Positions 13,200 through 24,200 of a DNA stretch of 64,000 nucleotides are shown in pieces. Each line of letters starts with the position of its first letter. The stretch's first letter is position 1. Under the pieces are notes generated by a model, which made no database searches, had not been told where the DNA came from, and saw only the letters and a list, made by a program, of their open reading frames with translations. Made by a program: the position numbers and the translations under genes. This DNA comes from Scyliorhinus canicula (Eukaryota): NCBI RefSeq assembly GCF_902713615.1, contig NC_052166.1:68596406-68660405 (forward strand), written 5' to 3'.

Positions 13200-13491
13200 T
13201 GATGTTACCATCAATTCACAAGACACGTGATTGGAAGTGAACAGTGGTTTTAATAGTCTTACAACAGAGCCTGCCTGCGATGAGAAAAACTGGCAGGCAG
13301 GCTCACGACTGCAAAGCTTTATACTTCCGGTTAGTGGGAGGAGCCATGGGCGGAACCATGGGTGGAGCCCAGTACAAACTCCTCATCTCCCCCTATGGGC
13401 AGAGCCGCGCAACTGCTCGTATACCGAGCTTACAAGAACACAACACATACAATATAACACAGTGTGAATTACTAGATTGTGATTCACCATA
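13200..13491 (-). mobile_element. Solo LTR copy 2 with perfect 5-bp TSD CTGAT
   Basis: CTGAT at 13195-13199 and 13492-13496; homologous to copies 1 and 3. Confidence 0.88.
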
Positions 13492-15324
13492 CTGATGGAG
13501 GTTAATAAAGCCAGAGGAAAGCAAACAAGGCATTTCTATTCTGGACAGATAGAATTGAATAAGTCTAGGAGTTATGCTAAACCAGCCGAACCAGGCCAGA
13601 ACCACCCTTGGAAGCACTGTGCACATTTCTGGCCTCATTATAAGAAAAGGAGAAACACTGGTGAAGGTTGGAAAAAGATTTTCTCAAATTATAGCAGAAC
13701 TGTGAGTTTATAACTATCAGAAAAGATTGAACAGACTTGCACCCTTTTCTCTAGAAAGCAGAACACCAAATGGTGACCCGATAGAGATCTTTAAAATCAT
13801 GAAAGGGTTTAGTAGCGTTAACATCGAGAAAATATTTTTGCGTGCAGGTGAGACCCGAACACCAAGACAGTCATCAATAAATCCATTCGAGAGAAACTTG
13901 TTAATGCAGAGTGGGGAGAATTGGAGATTGCTCCCACAAGGAGTGGTTGAGGTGAATAGGCTGGATGCATTTAAGGGGAAACTAGTGAAGTACAGAAAGG
14001 AGAAAGGATCAGAAAGATATGCTGACAGGTGAAGCAGGGTGGGGTAAAATTGGATGCAGCATAGACACCAGCATGGACTGACTGGGCTAACTGACTGCAA
14101 TGGGGAGTGTTGTAACCCCTCAGGAGAGTCAGGGGATGTGGACTGTCAGGTTCCCTGTGACCTCGCAAGAATGCGAGATTCCCCGTTAAGAGGGCCGGGT
14201 TTTCCCTTCACAAGATGTAAAAACTCCGGCCCGGGTGTGGGCCGGCGGGGGAGACCCTTCGGGGAGTGGAGTTGTATATTGTAGAATATCGTGTGATTAA
14301 AACTTGTGTTTGTTTTCATCATCACTTCCTTGTGGTCGCTCACATTCTCTGTGGACAAAACTGCTGCCAACAGTGGAATTGCATCATTGAACCTAGGGTA
14401 GCACCAATATCAGTCACCTCCGCATCAATGGCCACCTAATCTCGATGGAGTTGGATACAGGAGCTGATATCTCCGTTGTCACTCGCCCAATTTCGATCGA
14501 TTCCGATTGGGGATCCAAGCTTATCTTTGCAGAACATGGACGCTTGATTAGCTACCTGTACATAGAACATAGAACAGTACAGCACAGTACAGGCCCTTCA
14601 GCCCACAATGTTGTGCTGACCATTTATCCTAATCTAAGATCAACCTAACCTACACCCCTTCAATTTACTGCTGTCCATGTGCCTAAGAGTCACTTAAATG
14701 TCCCTAATGACTCTGACTCCACCATCTCTGCTGGCAGTGCATTCAACATACCCACCACTCTCTGTGTAAAGAACCTACCTCTGACATCTCCCCTATACCT
14801 TCCTCCAATCACCTTAAATTATGTCCCCTCATGACAGCCATTTCCACCCTGGGAAAAGGTGCCTGGCTATCCACTCTATCCATGCCTCTCATCACCTTGT
14901 ACACCTCTATCAAGTCACCTCTCTGCCTTCTTCGCTCCAGTGAGAAAAGCTCCCTCAACCTTTCTTCATAAGACATGCCCTCCAGTCCAGGCAGCATCCT
15001 GGTAAATCTCCTCTGCACCCACTCCAAAGCATCCACATCCTTCCTATAATGAGGCGACCAGAACTGGACACATTATTCCAAGTGTGGTCTAACTAGAGTT
15101 TTATAAAGCTGCAGCAAAACCTCACGGCTCTTAAACTCAATCCCCCTGTTAATGAAACCCAATACACCACACACCTTCTTAACAAAGCTATCAACCTGGG
15201 TGTCAACTTTGAGGGATCTATGTACGTGGACCCCAAGATCCCTCTGTTCCTCCACACTTCCAAGAATCCTGCCTTTAACCCTGTATTCAAATTCAGCCTT
15301 CCATAATGAATCACTTCATATTTA

Positions 15325-15553
15325 TTTATTTTTATAAATTTAGAGTACCCAATTCATTTTTTCCAATTAAGGGGTAATTTAGCGTGGCCAATCCACCTAA
15401 CCTGCACATCTTAGGGTTCTGGGGGCGAAACCCATACAAACACGGAGAGAATGTGCAAACTCCACACGGACAGTGACCCAGAGCCGGGATCGAACCTGGG
15501 ACCTCGGCGCCGTGAGGCAGCATGGCTAACCCACTGCGCCACCGTGCTGCCCC
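15325..15553 (-). mobile_element. V-SINE (short A-tail subfamily) nested in the CR1 LINE
   Basis: Head, V-domain and tail; flanking cacttca(t/c)attt duplication. Confidence 0.85.
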
Positions 15554-15781
15554 ACTTCACATTTATCAAGGTTGAACTCTTTCTGCCACTTCTCAGCCCA
15601 GCTCTGCATCCTGTCAATGTCCTGTTGTAACCTGCAACAACCCTCAACACTATCTACAACTCCCCCAACCTTTGTGTCATTGGCAAACTTACTAACCCAC
15701 CCTTCCACTTCCTCATCCAAGTCATTTATAAAAACCACAAAGAGCAGAGGTCCCAGAACTGATCCTTGTGGGACATCCTTA

Positions 15782-16119
15782 GGGGCCTCACGGTAGCATG
15801 GTGGTTAGCATCAATGCTTCACAGCTCCAGGGTCCCAGGTTCGATTCCCGGCTGGGTCACTGTCTGTGTGGAGTCTGCACTTCCTCCCTGTGTGTGCGTG
15901 GGTTTCCTCCGGGTGCTCCGGTTTCCTCCCACAGTCCAAAGATGTGCGGGTTAGGTGGATTGGCCATGCTAAATTGCCCGTAGTGTAAGGTTAATGGGGG
16001 GATTGTTGGGTTATGGGTATAGGGGTTACGTGGGTTTAAGTTAGGGTGATCATTGTTCGGCACAACATCGAGGGCCGAAGGGCCTGTTCTGTGCTGTACT
16101 GTTCTATGTTCTATGTTCT
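15782..16119 (+). mobile_element. HE1-type V-SINE nested in the CR1 LINE
   Basis: Near-identical to 6704-7049. Confidence 0.9.
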
Positions 16120-16323
16120 ATCACTGGTCACCGACCTCCAGGCGGAATGCTTTCCATCCACTACCACTCACTGTCTTCTTTCGGCCGTCCAATTCTGTAT
16201 CCAGACCGCCAAATTTCCATGTATCCCATGCCCCCTAATTTTCTGAATGAGCCTACCATGGGGAACCTTATCAAATGCCTTACTGAAATCCATATACACC
16301 ACATTCACTGCCCGACCTTTATC

Positions 16324-17283
16324 TTTTTTTAAATATTTTTATTGGAATTTTTTACAGAAAATATAAAACGTAACGACAAACAATGAAATGCAACAAAATA
16401 ACCCATAATAACTGTAACACCCCCAGACCGTATCGACGCATGTATCCCATCCCCCACCGCCCCAACCCCAATGAACAACAGAAGAACTTAAAAATAAATT
16501 TAAATTAAATAAACAAACATAGTCATCGTCCCCCCCCTCCCTTTTCCCTCCCCCTCCCCCCCCACCCCCCCGGGTTGCTGCTGCTACTGTCCCCGTACCC
16601 TATCATTGAGCCAGAAAGTCGAGAAAAGGTTGCCACCGCCTAAAGAACCCTTGTACCGACCCTCTCAGGGCGAATTTGACCTTCTCTAGCTTAATGAAAC
16701 CCGCCATGTCATTGATCCAGGTCTCCACGCTTGGGGGCCTCGCATCCTTCCATTGTAGCAAGATCCTTTGCCGGGCTACTAGGGACGCAAAGGCCAGCAC
16801 ATCGGCCTCTTTCGCCTCCTGCACTCCCGGCTCCACCCCAACCCCAAAAATCGCGAGTCCCCATCCTGGCTTGACCCTGGATCCCACCACCCTCGACACC
16901 GTCCTCGCCACCCCCTTCCAGAACTCCTCCAGTGCCGGGCATGCCCAGAACATATGGGCATGGTTCGCTGGACTCCCCGAGCACCTGACACACCTGTCTT
17001 CACCCCCAAAGAACCTACTCATCCTCGTCCCAGTCATGTGGGCCCGGTGCAGCGCCTTGAATTGGATGAGGCTAAGCCGCGCACACGAGGAGGAAGAATT
17101 AACCCTCTCCAGGGCATCAGCCCATGTCCCGTCTTCGATCTGTTCCCCCAGTTCCCCCTCTCACCTAGCTTTCAGCTCCTCTACTGACGCCTCCTCCGCC
17201 TCCTGCATAACCTTGTAGATATCAGATATCTTCCCCTCTCCGACCCAGACCCCCGAAAGCACCCTGTACCGAAAGCACCCTGT
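16324..17283 (-). mobile_element. 5'-truncated L1/Tx1-clade LINE with 16-bp TSD
   Basis: ORF2 C-terminal CxRC..HMFWACP motif; A-rich tail at 16324; CTGCCCGACCTTTATC at 16308-16323 and 17284-17299. Confidence 0.9.
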
Positions 17284-18349
17284 CTGCCCGACCTTTATCA
17301 ATGTGTCTCATCACATCCTCAAAGAATTCAATGAGGCTTGTGAGGCATGACCTGCCCCAAACAAAGCAATGCTGACAATCTTTAATCAAACTGTTTTTCT
17401 ATCAATAATCATAAATCCTATCTCTCGGAATCCTTTCCAATATTTTGCTCACCACAGACCTAAGACTGATGGGTCTGTAATTCCCAGGGATTTCCCTATT
17501 CCCTTTCTTGAACAGGGGAACAACATTCGCCTCCCTCCAAACATCCGGTACTACTCCAGTGGAGAGTGAGGACGCAAAGATAATCGCCAACGGCGCAGCA
17601 ATCTCCTCCATCACTTCCCGTAGTACCCTTGCGTATATCCCGTCAGGCCCAGGGGACTTATCTATCCTGATGCTTTTCAAAATTTCCAGCACATCCTCCT
17701 TCTTAATACCAGAGAGCAGTTGCCGATTACCGGATTCTCGCTGAGTACGGACAGCATTCCGCCTGTTTGCCGTGATGTGCGGTGGTGGCCCTAGCTTACT
17801 GGGACCAGACGGCAGGGGGTTTGCCAAATATGCTCGGATGGGCTGGACGCCATACGGGTGAAATTCCCTGAGGAACCGCGATGAGATGCTGCGCCGTTTT
17901 TTGGCCGCTGGGGTTAGTCTCCGTAGGGAGACGTGCGTGTTCCAGTATTCAGAAGTTACGTATCTCGGCTTGTCTTCAGCCGTTCGAAGTTTGGCAGGCT
18001 CCCGTTCTGGACAGCCCCACAGAACTCCGTTCATTCCTTGGACTCAAACTGTTACGGGAACTTCATCCCGGACCTAGTGACCCTATTGGCTCCCCTCCTG
18101 CACTGTTTGCTGAAGAAGGGCCAGATGCGGACATGGGGTCTGCCGCAGCAGGCAGCCATCACCGAGGTTAAGAAGCAACTCTTGTCTTCACGACTGCTCA
18201 CCCACCAGACCGCTCACTGATCGTCACCTGTGACGCCACACTTTCTGGCATCGGAGCAGGTTTATTTCACCGAATAGACGACGGCAAGAATGGCCCATTG
18301 CATTCGCCTCTCAGACTCCTGCCGTGACCGAGCCCAGATCAAGAAGGAA

Positions 18350-18525
18350 ATGAAATGAAAATGAAAATCGCTTATTGTCACGAGTAGGCTTCAATGAAGT
18401 TACTGTGAAAAGCCCCTAGTTGCCACATTCTGCCGCCTGTCCGGGGAGGCTGGTACGGGAATCGAACCGTGCTACTGGCCTGCTTTAAAAGCCAGCGATT
18501 TAGCCCAGTGAGCTAAACCAGCCCA
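18350..18525 (-). mobile_element. Short tRNA-headed SINE lacking the V-domain (second copy at 57710-57880)
   Basis: gggctggtttagc head and ..cttttcacagtaacttcattgaagcctact..gtgacaataag tail. Confidence 0.75.
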
Positions 18526-18824
18526 GGAGGGTTTGGCCGTGGTGTTTGCAGTTAAAAGGCTCCATCAATTATGGACACTCTTTCACGGTATTGACAAATC
18601 ACAAACCCTTGCTGGGGTTGTTTGAAGAGGACAGGGCAGCCCCCCCCCCCCCCCCCCCCCCCCGCCCCCGCACAGATCCAGCGATGGGCTTTACTGTTGG
18701 CAGCTTGTGAGTGTGTGTTGGAACACCCACCCCAGGACAAAGATCCCTCTTGCGGACGCTCTGAGTTGGCTTCCCTGCCGCTGACGCCTGCTTGCGTCGA
18801 TGAGGCTATTGTGGCTTTACATTT

Positions 18825-19173
18825 TAGAACATAGAACAGTACAGCACAGAACAGGCCCTTCGGCCCTCGATGTTGTGCCGAGCCATGATCACCCTACTCA
18901 AACCCACGTATCCACCCTATACCCGTAACCCAACAACCCCCCCCCCCCTTAACCTTACTTTTTTAGGACACTAAGGGCAATTTAGCAAGGCCAATCCACC
19001 TAACCCGCACATCTTTGGACTGTGGGAGGAAACCGGAGCACCCGGAGGAAACCCACGCACACACGGGGAGGACGTGCAGACTCCGCACAGACAGTGACCC
19101 AGCTCGGGAATCGAACCTGGGACCCTGGAGCTGTGAAGCATTTATGCTAACCACCATGCTACCGTGCTGCCCC
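18825..19173 (-). mobile_element. HE1-type V-SINE
   Basis: Reverse complement of the 6704-7049 family. Confidence 0.9.
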
Positions 19174-20815
19174 TAGTTGCCCGTTGCAGCATCTCAAATC
19201 CGTGTTTGGACCCACATGGACCTCCAGCTAACCCGTGTCCGACATATCATCTTGAAATGGGCCAACACCGTGTTTCGCCCACAGACCTGAAAAACTTCAA
19301 GACGAAGATCACGGAACTCCGTATAGAGTTGATGAAGTGATGCACATTATAGGACGAGTGAGGAGAAGCAACATGAATGAAATTATCTAAATGTAAAGGG
19401 GCGCAGAAACGGAGGGATCTGGGATGCACATACAGAAATCGTTGGAGGTGACGGAATAAGTTGCGAAACTTGTTAAAAAAAACCGTACGCAATCCTGGGC
19501 TTTAATTAGCCCCAGCTGGAGGATTGTATACAATTCCGTGCACTGCAGACTTTAGGAAGGATGTCAAGGCCTTGGAGAGGGGGGCGGAGAAGATTTACTG
19601 GAATGTTCCAGGGAGGGACTTTGGTCAATGTGGAGGGACTGGAGCTGGAGTTGTTCTCCGTAGAGCAGAGAAGGTTAAGGGAAAAATAGAGGCAGAATTT
19701 CAATGAAGGAAATAGAGAATCTGTTGGCAATGATAGGAGGGTCAGAAACCAGAGGATACGGATTCATGGTGAATGGCAAAATAACTGAGGGGAGATGAGG
19801 AGAGATAAGGCTGGAAATGTAAATAGCGGCACCTCAACGTATTCCGTTATGCATAGATCACTGGACAAGCGCAATATGAAGGTGCACACAGCTGATATAG
19901 GAAACATATCAGAGATTTGGATTTTCATGCCAGATCCACATTTAGTAATTAGAATCATATTAAGACAATATTAATTCAACAGCCTAATTCCAATGTTGGT
20001 TGGAGAGCATTTAATTCCCATCTTATCAGAGATCAAGTGAATGACAACACAAATTTGTATTTTGTGCTGTTTTATCCTAACTCGACACGGTAATCACAGA
20101 GAGTTTTCAGAAGTGGTCTTCATTATCCTTGTGTTCAAATCTGTCAATGTCCTCACCTCTTCCTCCTTCTGTGACCATCTCCGACTCTACAATTTTCCAC
20201 GATATCTGCCCTCCAATTCAACCCTTGTGCGCGTCGCTGATTTTAATAATTCCACCATTGGTGCTTTTAGTTGTCAAGACCCTAAGCTCCAGAATTCCTT
20301 CCTTAAATCTCTCCACCTCTCTTTCTTCCCGAAAGACACTCTTTAAAACCAACCGCTTTGATCAGGTTTTTGGTCGCCTGTTCTAATATCTCACTCTATG
20401 GCTTAGGGTCGATAACCTTTCCATGAAGCACCAAAGGATACTTTACTGTTTTAAAGGGGCTACAGAAATGCAGGTTGATGTTGAGTACAGCAAGACTCAG
20501 TCAGCATCAGAGACTCACAGCCTTATCTGAGTCAGCACGATATAACAGTAGTGCTTTGTTTTAAGGCTTTCACGGTTTGTGATATAACCCAGCATCTGAT
20601 AGTGCCTGTGTGCTCACTGTGTAAATATGCAGCATTAGGAGACAAGCTTTGGAATTCCTTCTTTTAGAAACAGTTGCACCTTTGGATAAAATTAATTCCC
20701 CTCTGATCTATTCTGGTTCAATTCCTTCATCCTGTTGAGTAATTTACAGAACTGGTTCACAGGTAGATTGACTCCCCAATATCCTGCCCTCAATTGGCTT
20801 TGCGAACAGGTGTCT

Positions 20816-21050
20816 GTATTTATTTTTTAAATTTAGAGTACCTAATTCATTTTTTCCCCCAGTTATGGGGCAATTTAGCGTGGTCAATCCACCTAGCCTG
20901 CACATCTTTTTCGATTATGGGGATGGGATCCACGCAGACACGGGGAGAATGTGCAAACTCCACACGGACAGTGACCCGGAGCCAGGATCAAACCCGGGTC
21001 CTCGGCGCCGTGAGGCAGCAGTGCTAACCACTGCGTCACCGTGCTGCCCC
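20816..21050 (-). mobile_element. V-SINE (A-tail subfamily) about 180 bp downstream of the DNLZ stop, with 11-bp TSD
   Basis: AACAGGTGTCT at 20805-20815 and 21054-21064. Confidence 0.85.
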
Positions 21051-21228
21051 GATAACAGGTGTCTTTCAATGAAATAAATACCTGTGGGCTGTGTGTGATA
21101 GAAATCAACTCCAGTTATTTAAATTATTTATATAGTTTTTATCCTTTTGGTGGAAGAAAAATGTTCTGGCTGCTCCATGGTCACCATAAATGTTCTCATT
21201 ACTTAGATCTTCCATGTTAGAGGCAGGA

Positions 21229-24200
21229 TTAGGATTTAGGTTGATCTTTGGAGCCCAGGACGTCTTTAGAATTGTTCTCCTCAGATAACTCTCCAGGTTT
21301 GTCACGTATAATTCCCTCTGTGGTAATTTCCAGCGAGTCTTCACCAATCACACGTTGAACCTTCTCACCTCTTGCAGCCAATATTTCTTCAATGTTCCTG
21401 ATGACACCAATGAGAAGGATAGATTTAAGCTTAGAAAAACACTTTATAAACTTGAACACATTTTATAAATACGAGATGCACAGATGGTGTCCGAGAGCAA
21501 GTGTCGCCTTCAGGGAAACGGGGTTGGAGAGCTAGGGTTAATTGGGCTAAGGTATGCAGGCAGAATTCAGACTCCGTTGTAAAGTGATATTTCCTGTGCT
21601 CACTTTAATGTATTACTTTTAATAAAATGTATCGATACATAAGTGGTATATAAATATAAGTGGTAAAACTGACAGCAATTAAGGAGGCAGAGTTTTTGCG
21701 AAGTTGGGGTGATTCCCTGCAATACAGACTGGGGAACTGGGAGACATAAAATGAGGCTCTGCAGTGCCACCACAGGTAGGAGGGCATAATCACAGTGTGA
21801 CATCTTTACACAGGTAGTTTACATAATGAATGTATGATGTGGAGATGCCGGCGTTGGACTGGGGTGAGTGAGCACAGTAAGAAGTCTTACAACACCAGGT
21901 TAAAGTCCAACAGGTTTGTTTCAAACACGAGCTTTCGGAGCGCAGCTCCTTCCTCAGGTGAATGCAGGAGCAGTGCTCCGAAAGCTCGTGTTTGAAACAA
22001 ACCTGTTAGACTTTAACCTGGTGTTGTAAGACTTCTTACTGTAATGAATGTAGACATGGGAATTTATTATGGAATAGTTGAACAATAGTTCATAGATTGA
22101 TAGAACACAGAAATAGGCTATTCAGCACACAATGACTGTTCTAGCATTTTGAAAGAATATTCAGTTAGTCCCATTCTTCCCAATTCATTTTTTCACGGTG
22201 CTAATTTTTCCCCTTCAATATTTATCCAATTCCCATTTAAAAGTTTCTTTGGACTCTGCTTCCACCGCTCTTTCAGACAGCTCATTCTAGGTCACAACTT
22301 TCCATGGACAAAATGCTCCCACTTCCTCTCGTTTCTTGTGCAAATGGTCATGAATAGTGTCCTCTGGTTATCAATCCAGCTTCCAGTTTCTAACTAAATG
22401 CAGAGGTGAGCTTTTCCCCTGGCATATCACATCAAGTCACAAGGACTGGGGGAACAGTACACGCTCCGGGTCATCACTTTGTTTTAGTCATTTGGGCTGC
22501 CTCAGAACATATCTCTGGCTTGCTTGCAGTAATTTTTCCCAGGATTCTGTTCGAGTCCTTCCTTTTGATTTCCCTTTCTTCCCATTCCTCTTGTTTAATT
22601 TTATTATTTTTGGTCCGTGGACTCAAAATCGGAATGCACCTTTAGACAACGGACTTCGGCCGAGGCAGCCGGCTAGTCAGGACACTGTGTTCCAGGATTT
22701 GTTTTTGGAGAGGGGAATACAGACTCGTTGGCGCCGAGGGAATCTTAAGAACCAACTTTGGAGGAATTTGGTTCGATCGACTGGCTGGCCACCTGTGCGT
22801 TGGCCAGGGTCAGTGTTCTGGCTGATAACAGACAGTAATTAGTTCCTGCGGGATGCTTCTGGGAAAGCTGGTCAGGAGTGATTAGACCTTGAACAAAGAA
22901 GGAACTTTCTCTCTGTTGAAGTAAAGAACGGTTTTATTGTTCTAAAACCAGTGAGTGCCTGGCACATCTTTACTGTATAGTTGAAATGATCTTGAATCTA
23001 CAAAGACAGTAGTCAGCCTTGTCACAGAAAACCATCTCAAGCTCAGAAGGAAGAAGCATCGAAGCAAAAGCTTGAACCCCATAAAAGACTTTCACTTGTG
23101 TTGCGACTCTGGGTCAAGTGGGGCTGGAATTGACCACACACCAGCCCAGGGGGTTTTGACAATTCACTGAAGTGCCTGTGGGCTGTGTGATAGAAATCAA
23201 CTAGTTATTTTAGTTATTTTTATCCCTTGAGGGGAATCTCCCTCGTACCATCTAAATTGAAGAAAAATGATCTGGCTACTTCATGGTCTCCATGACTGTT
23301 TTCATTACTTAGAGACTGGAGGAGGTTATTTCCACACTGGAGACTGGATTAGGAGTTTGATCTTTGGAGGCTACATCAAATACAAACTTGTAGTTACATG
23401 TGCATCTAATGTAGTAAAGATCTGCCAACGTGCTTCACAGGAGTGACATCAGACTGAGACAACTGAAGAGATATTAGATCCGGTGACGAAACGTTTGGTC
23501 AAACTGGTAAGTTTTAAGGAGTGTCTTCAAGGAAGAAAGAGGATTCAGAGAGAGGTAGAGGTTTATGAGGGGAATTCAGGAGCTTAAGGCCTTAGTTGAC
23601 AAAGGTACAGCCACCAATGGTGGAGCGATTAAAACTGGGGATGCTCAAAAGGCCACAACTGATGGAACACAGAGATCTCGGAGGGATGTGGGGCTGGAGT
23701 AAGTTACAGAGAAAGGGGGGGTTTTCAGGGCTTGAGGAGGTTACATAATAGGGTTGCAGAGGTAGGATAACATTACAGAGATACGGAGGGTTCTAGGGCC
23801 CAGAGGGGTTACAGAATGCTGAATTGGGCATTGGTGGGGGGGTTGTTCAAAGTGGGTAATTTCATTCAGCAGGCCGAGAGTCCCAGGAAAAATCTGAGGT
23901 TATCGTCAGTTAAATAGAATTGAGCCAATTGGATCATACCGGTTCCAAAGAAGAACCAGGCAAAGTGCCTGAACGACGACCGTCCAGTGGCCTTGACATT
24001 GATCATTATGAAGTGCTTTGAGAGATTGGTCACATACTCCCAGAATGCCTTGATCCACTGCAATTTGCACACTGCCACAACCGGTCCACAGCAGATGCTA
24101 TCTCCCTGGCCCTACACTCAACCCTGGAGCATCTCAACAACAAGGACTCCTATGTCAGACTCCTATTCATTGACTACAGTTCTGCCTTCTACACCATAAT

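Larger units (their letters stand above)
14561..17709 (-). mobile_element. 5'-truncated CR1/HER1 LINE inserted in the Gypsy element
   Basis: KSPGPDGIYARVL..PDVWREANVVPLFKKG..NYRPISL, FINDLDEEVEGWVSKFANDTK, LYKTLVRPHLE; (ctatgtt)n 3' tail at 14561-14580. Confidence 0.9.
14108..19330 (+). mobile_element. Decayed Ty3/Gypsy LTR retrotransposon (putative LTR ~14108-14344, protease ~14445-14540, RT/RNase H ~17750-18820) interrupted by younger elements
   Basis: MELDTGADISV protease motif; CVFQYSEVTYLG, PTELRSFLGL, LIVTCDA, HKPLLGLF, QIQRWALLLAA pol motifs in shifting frames. Confidence 0.8.
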
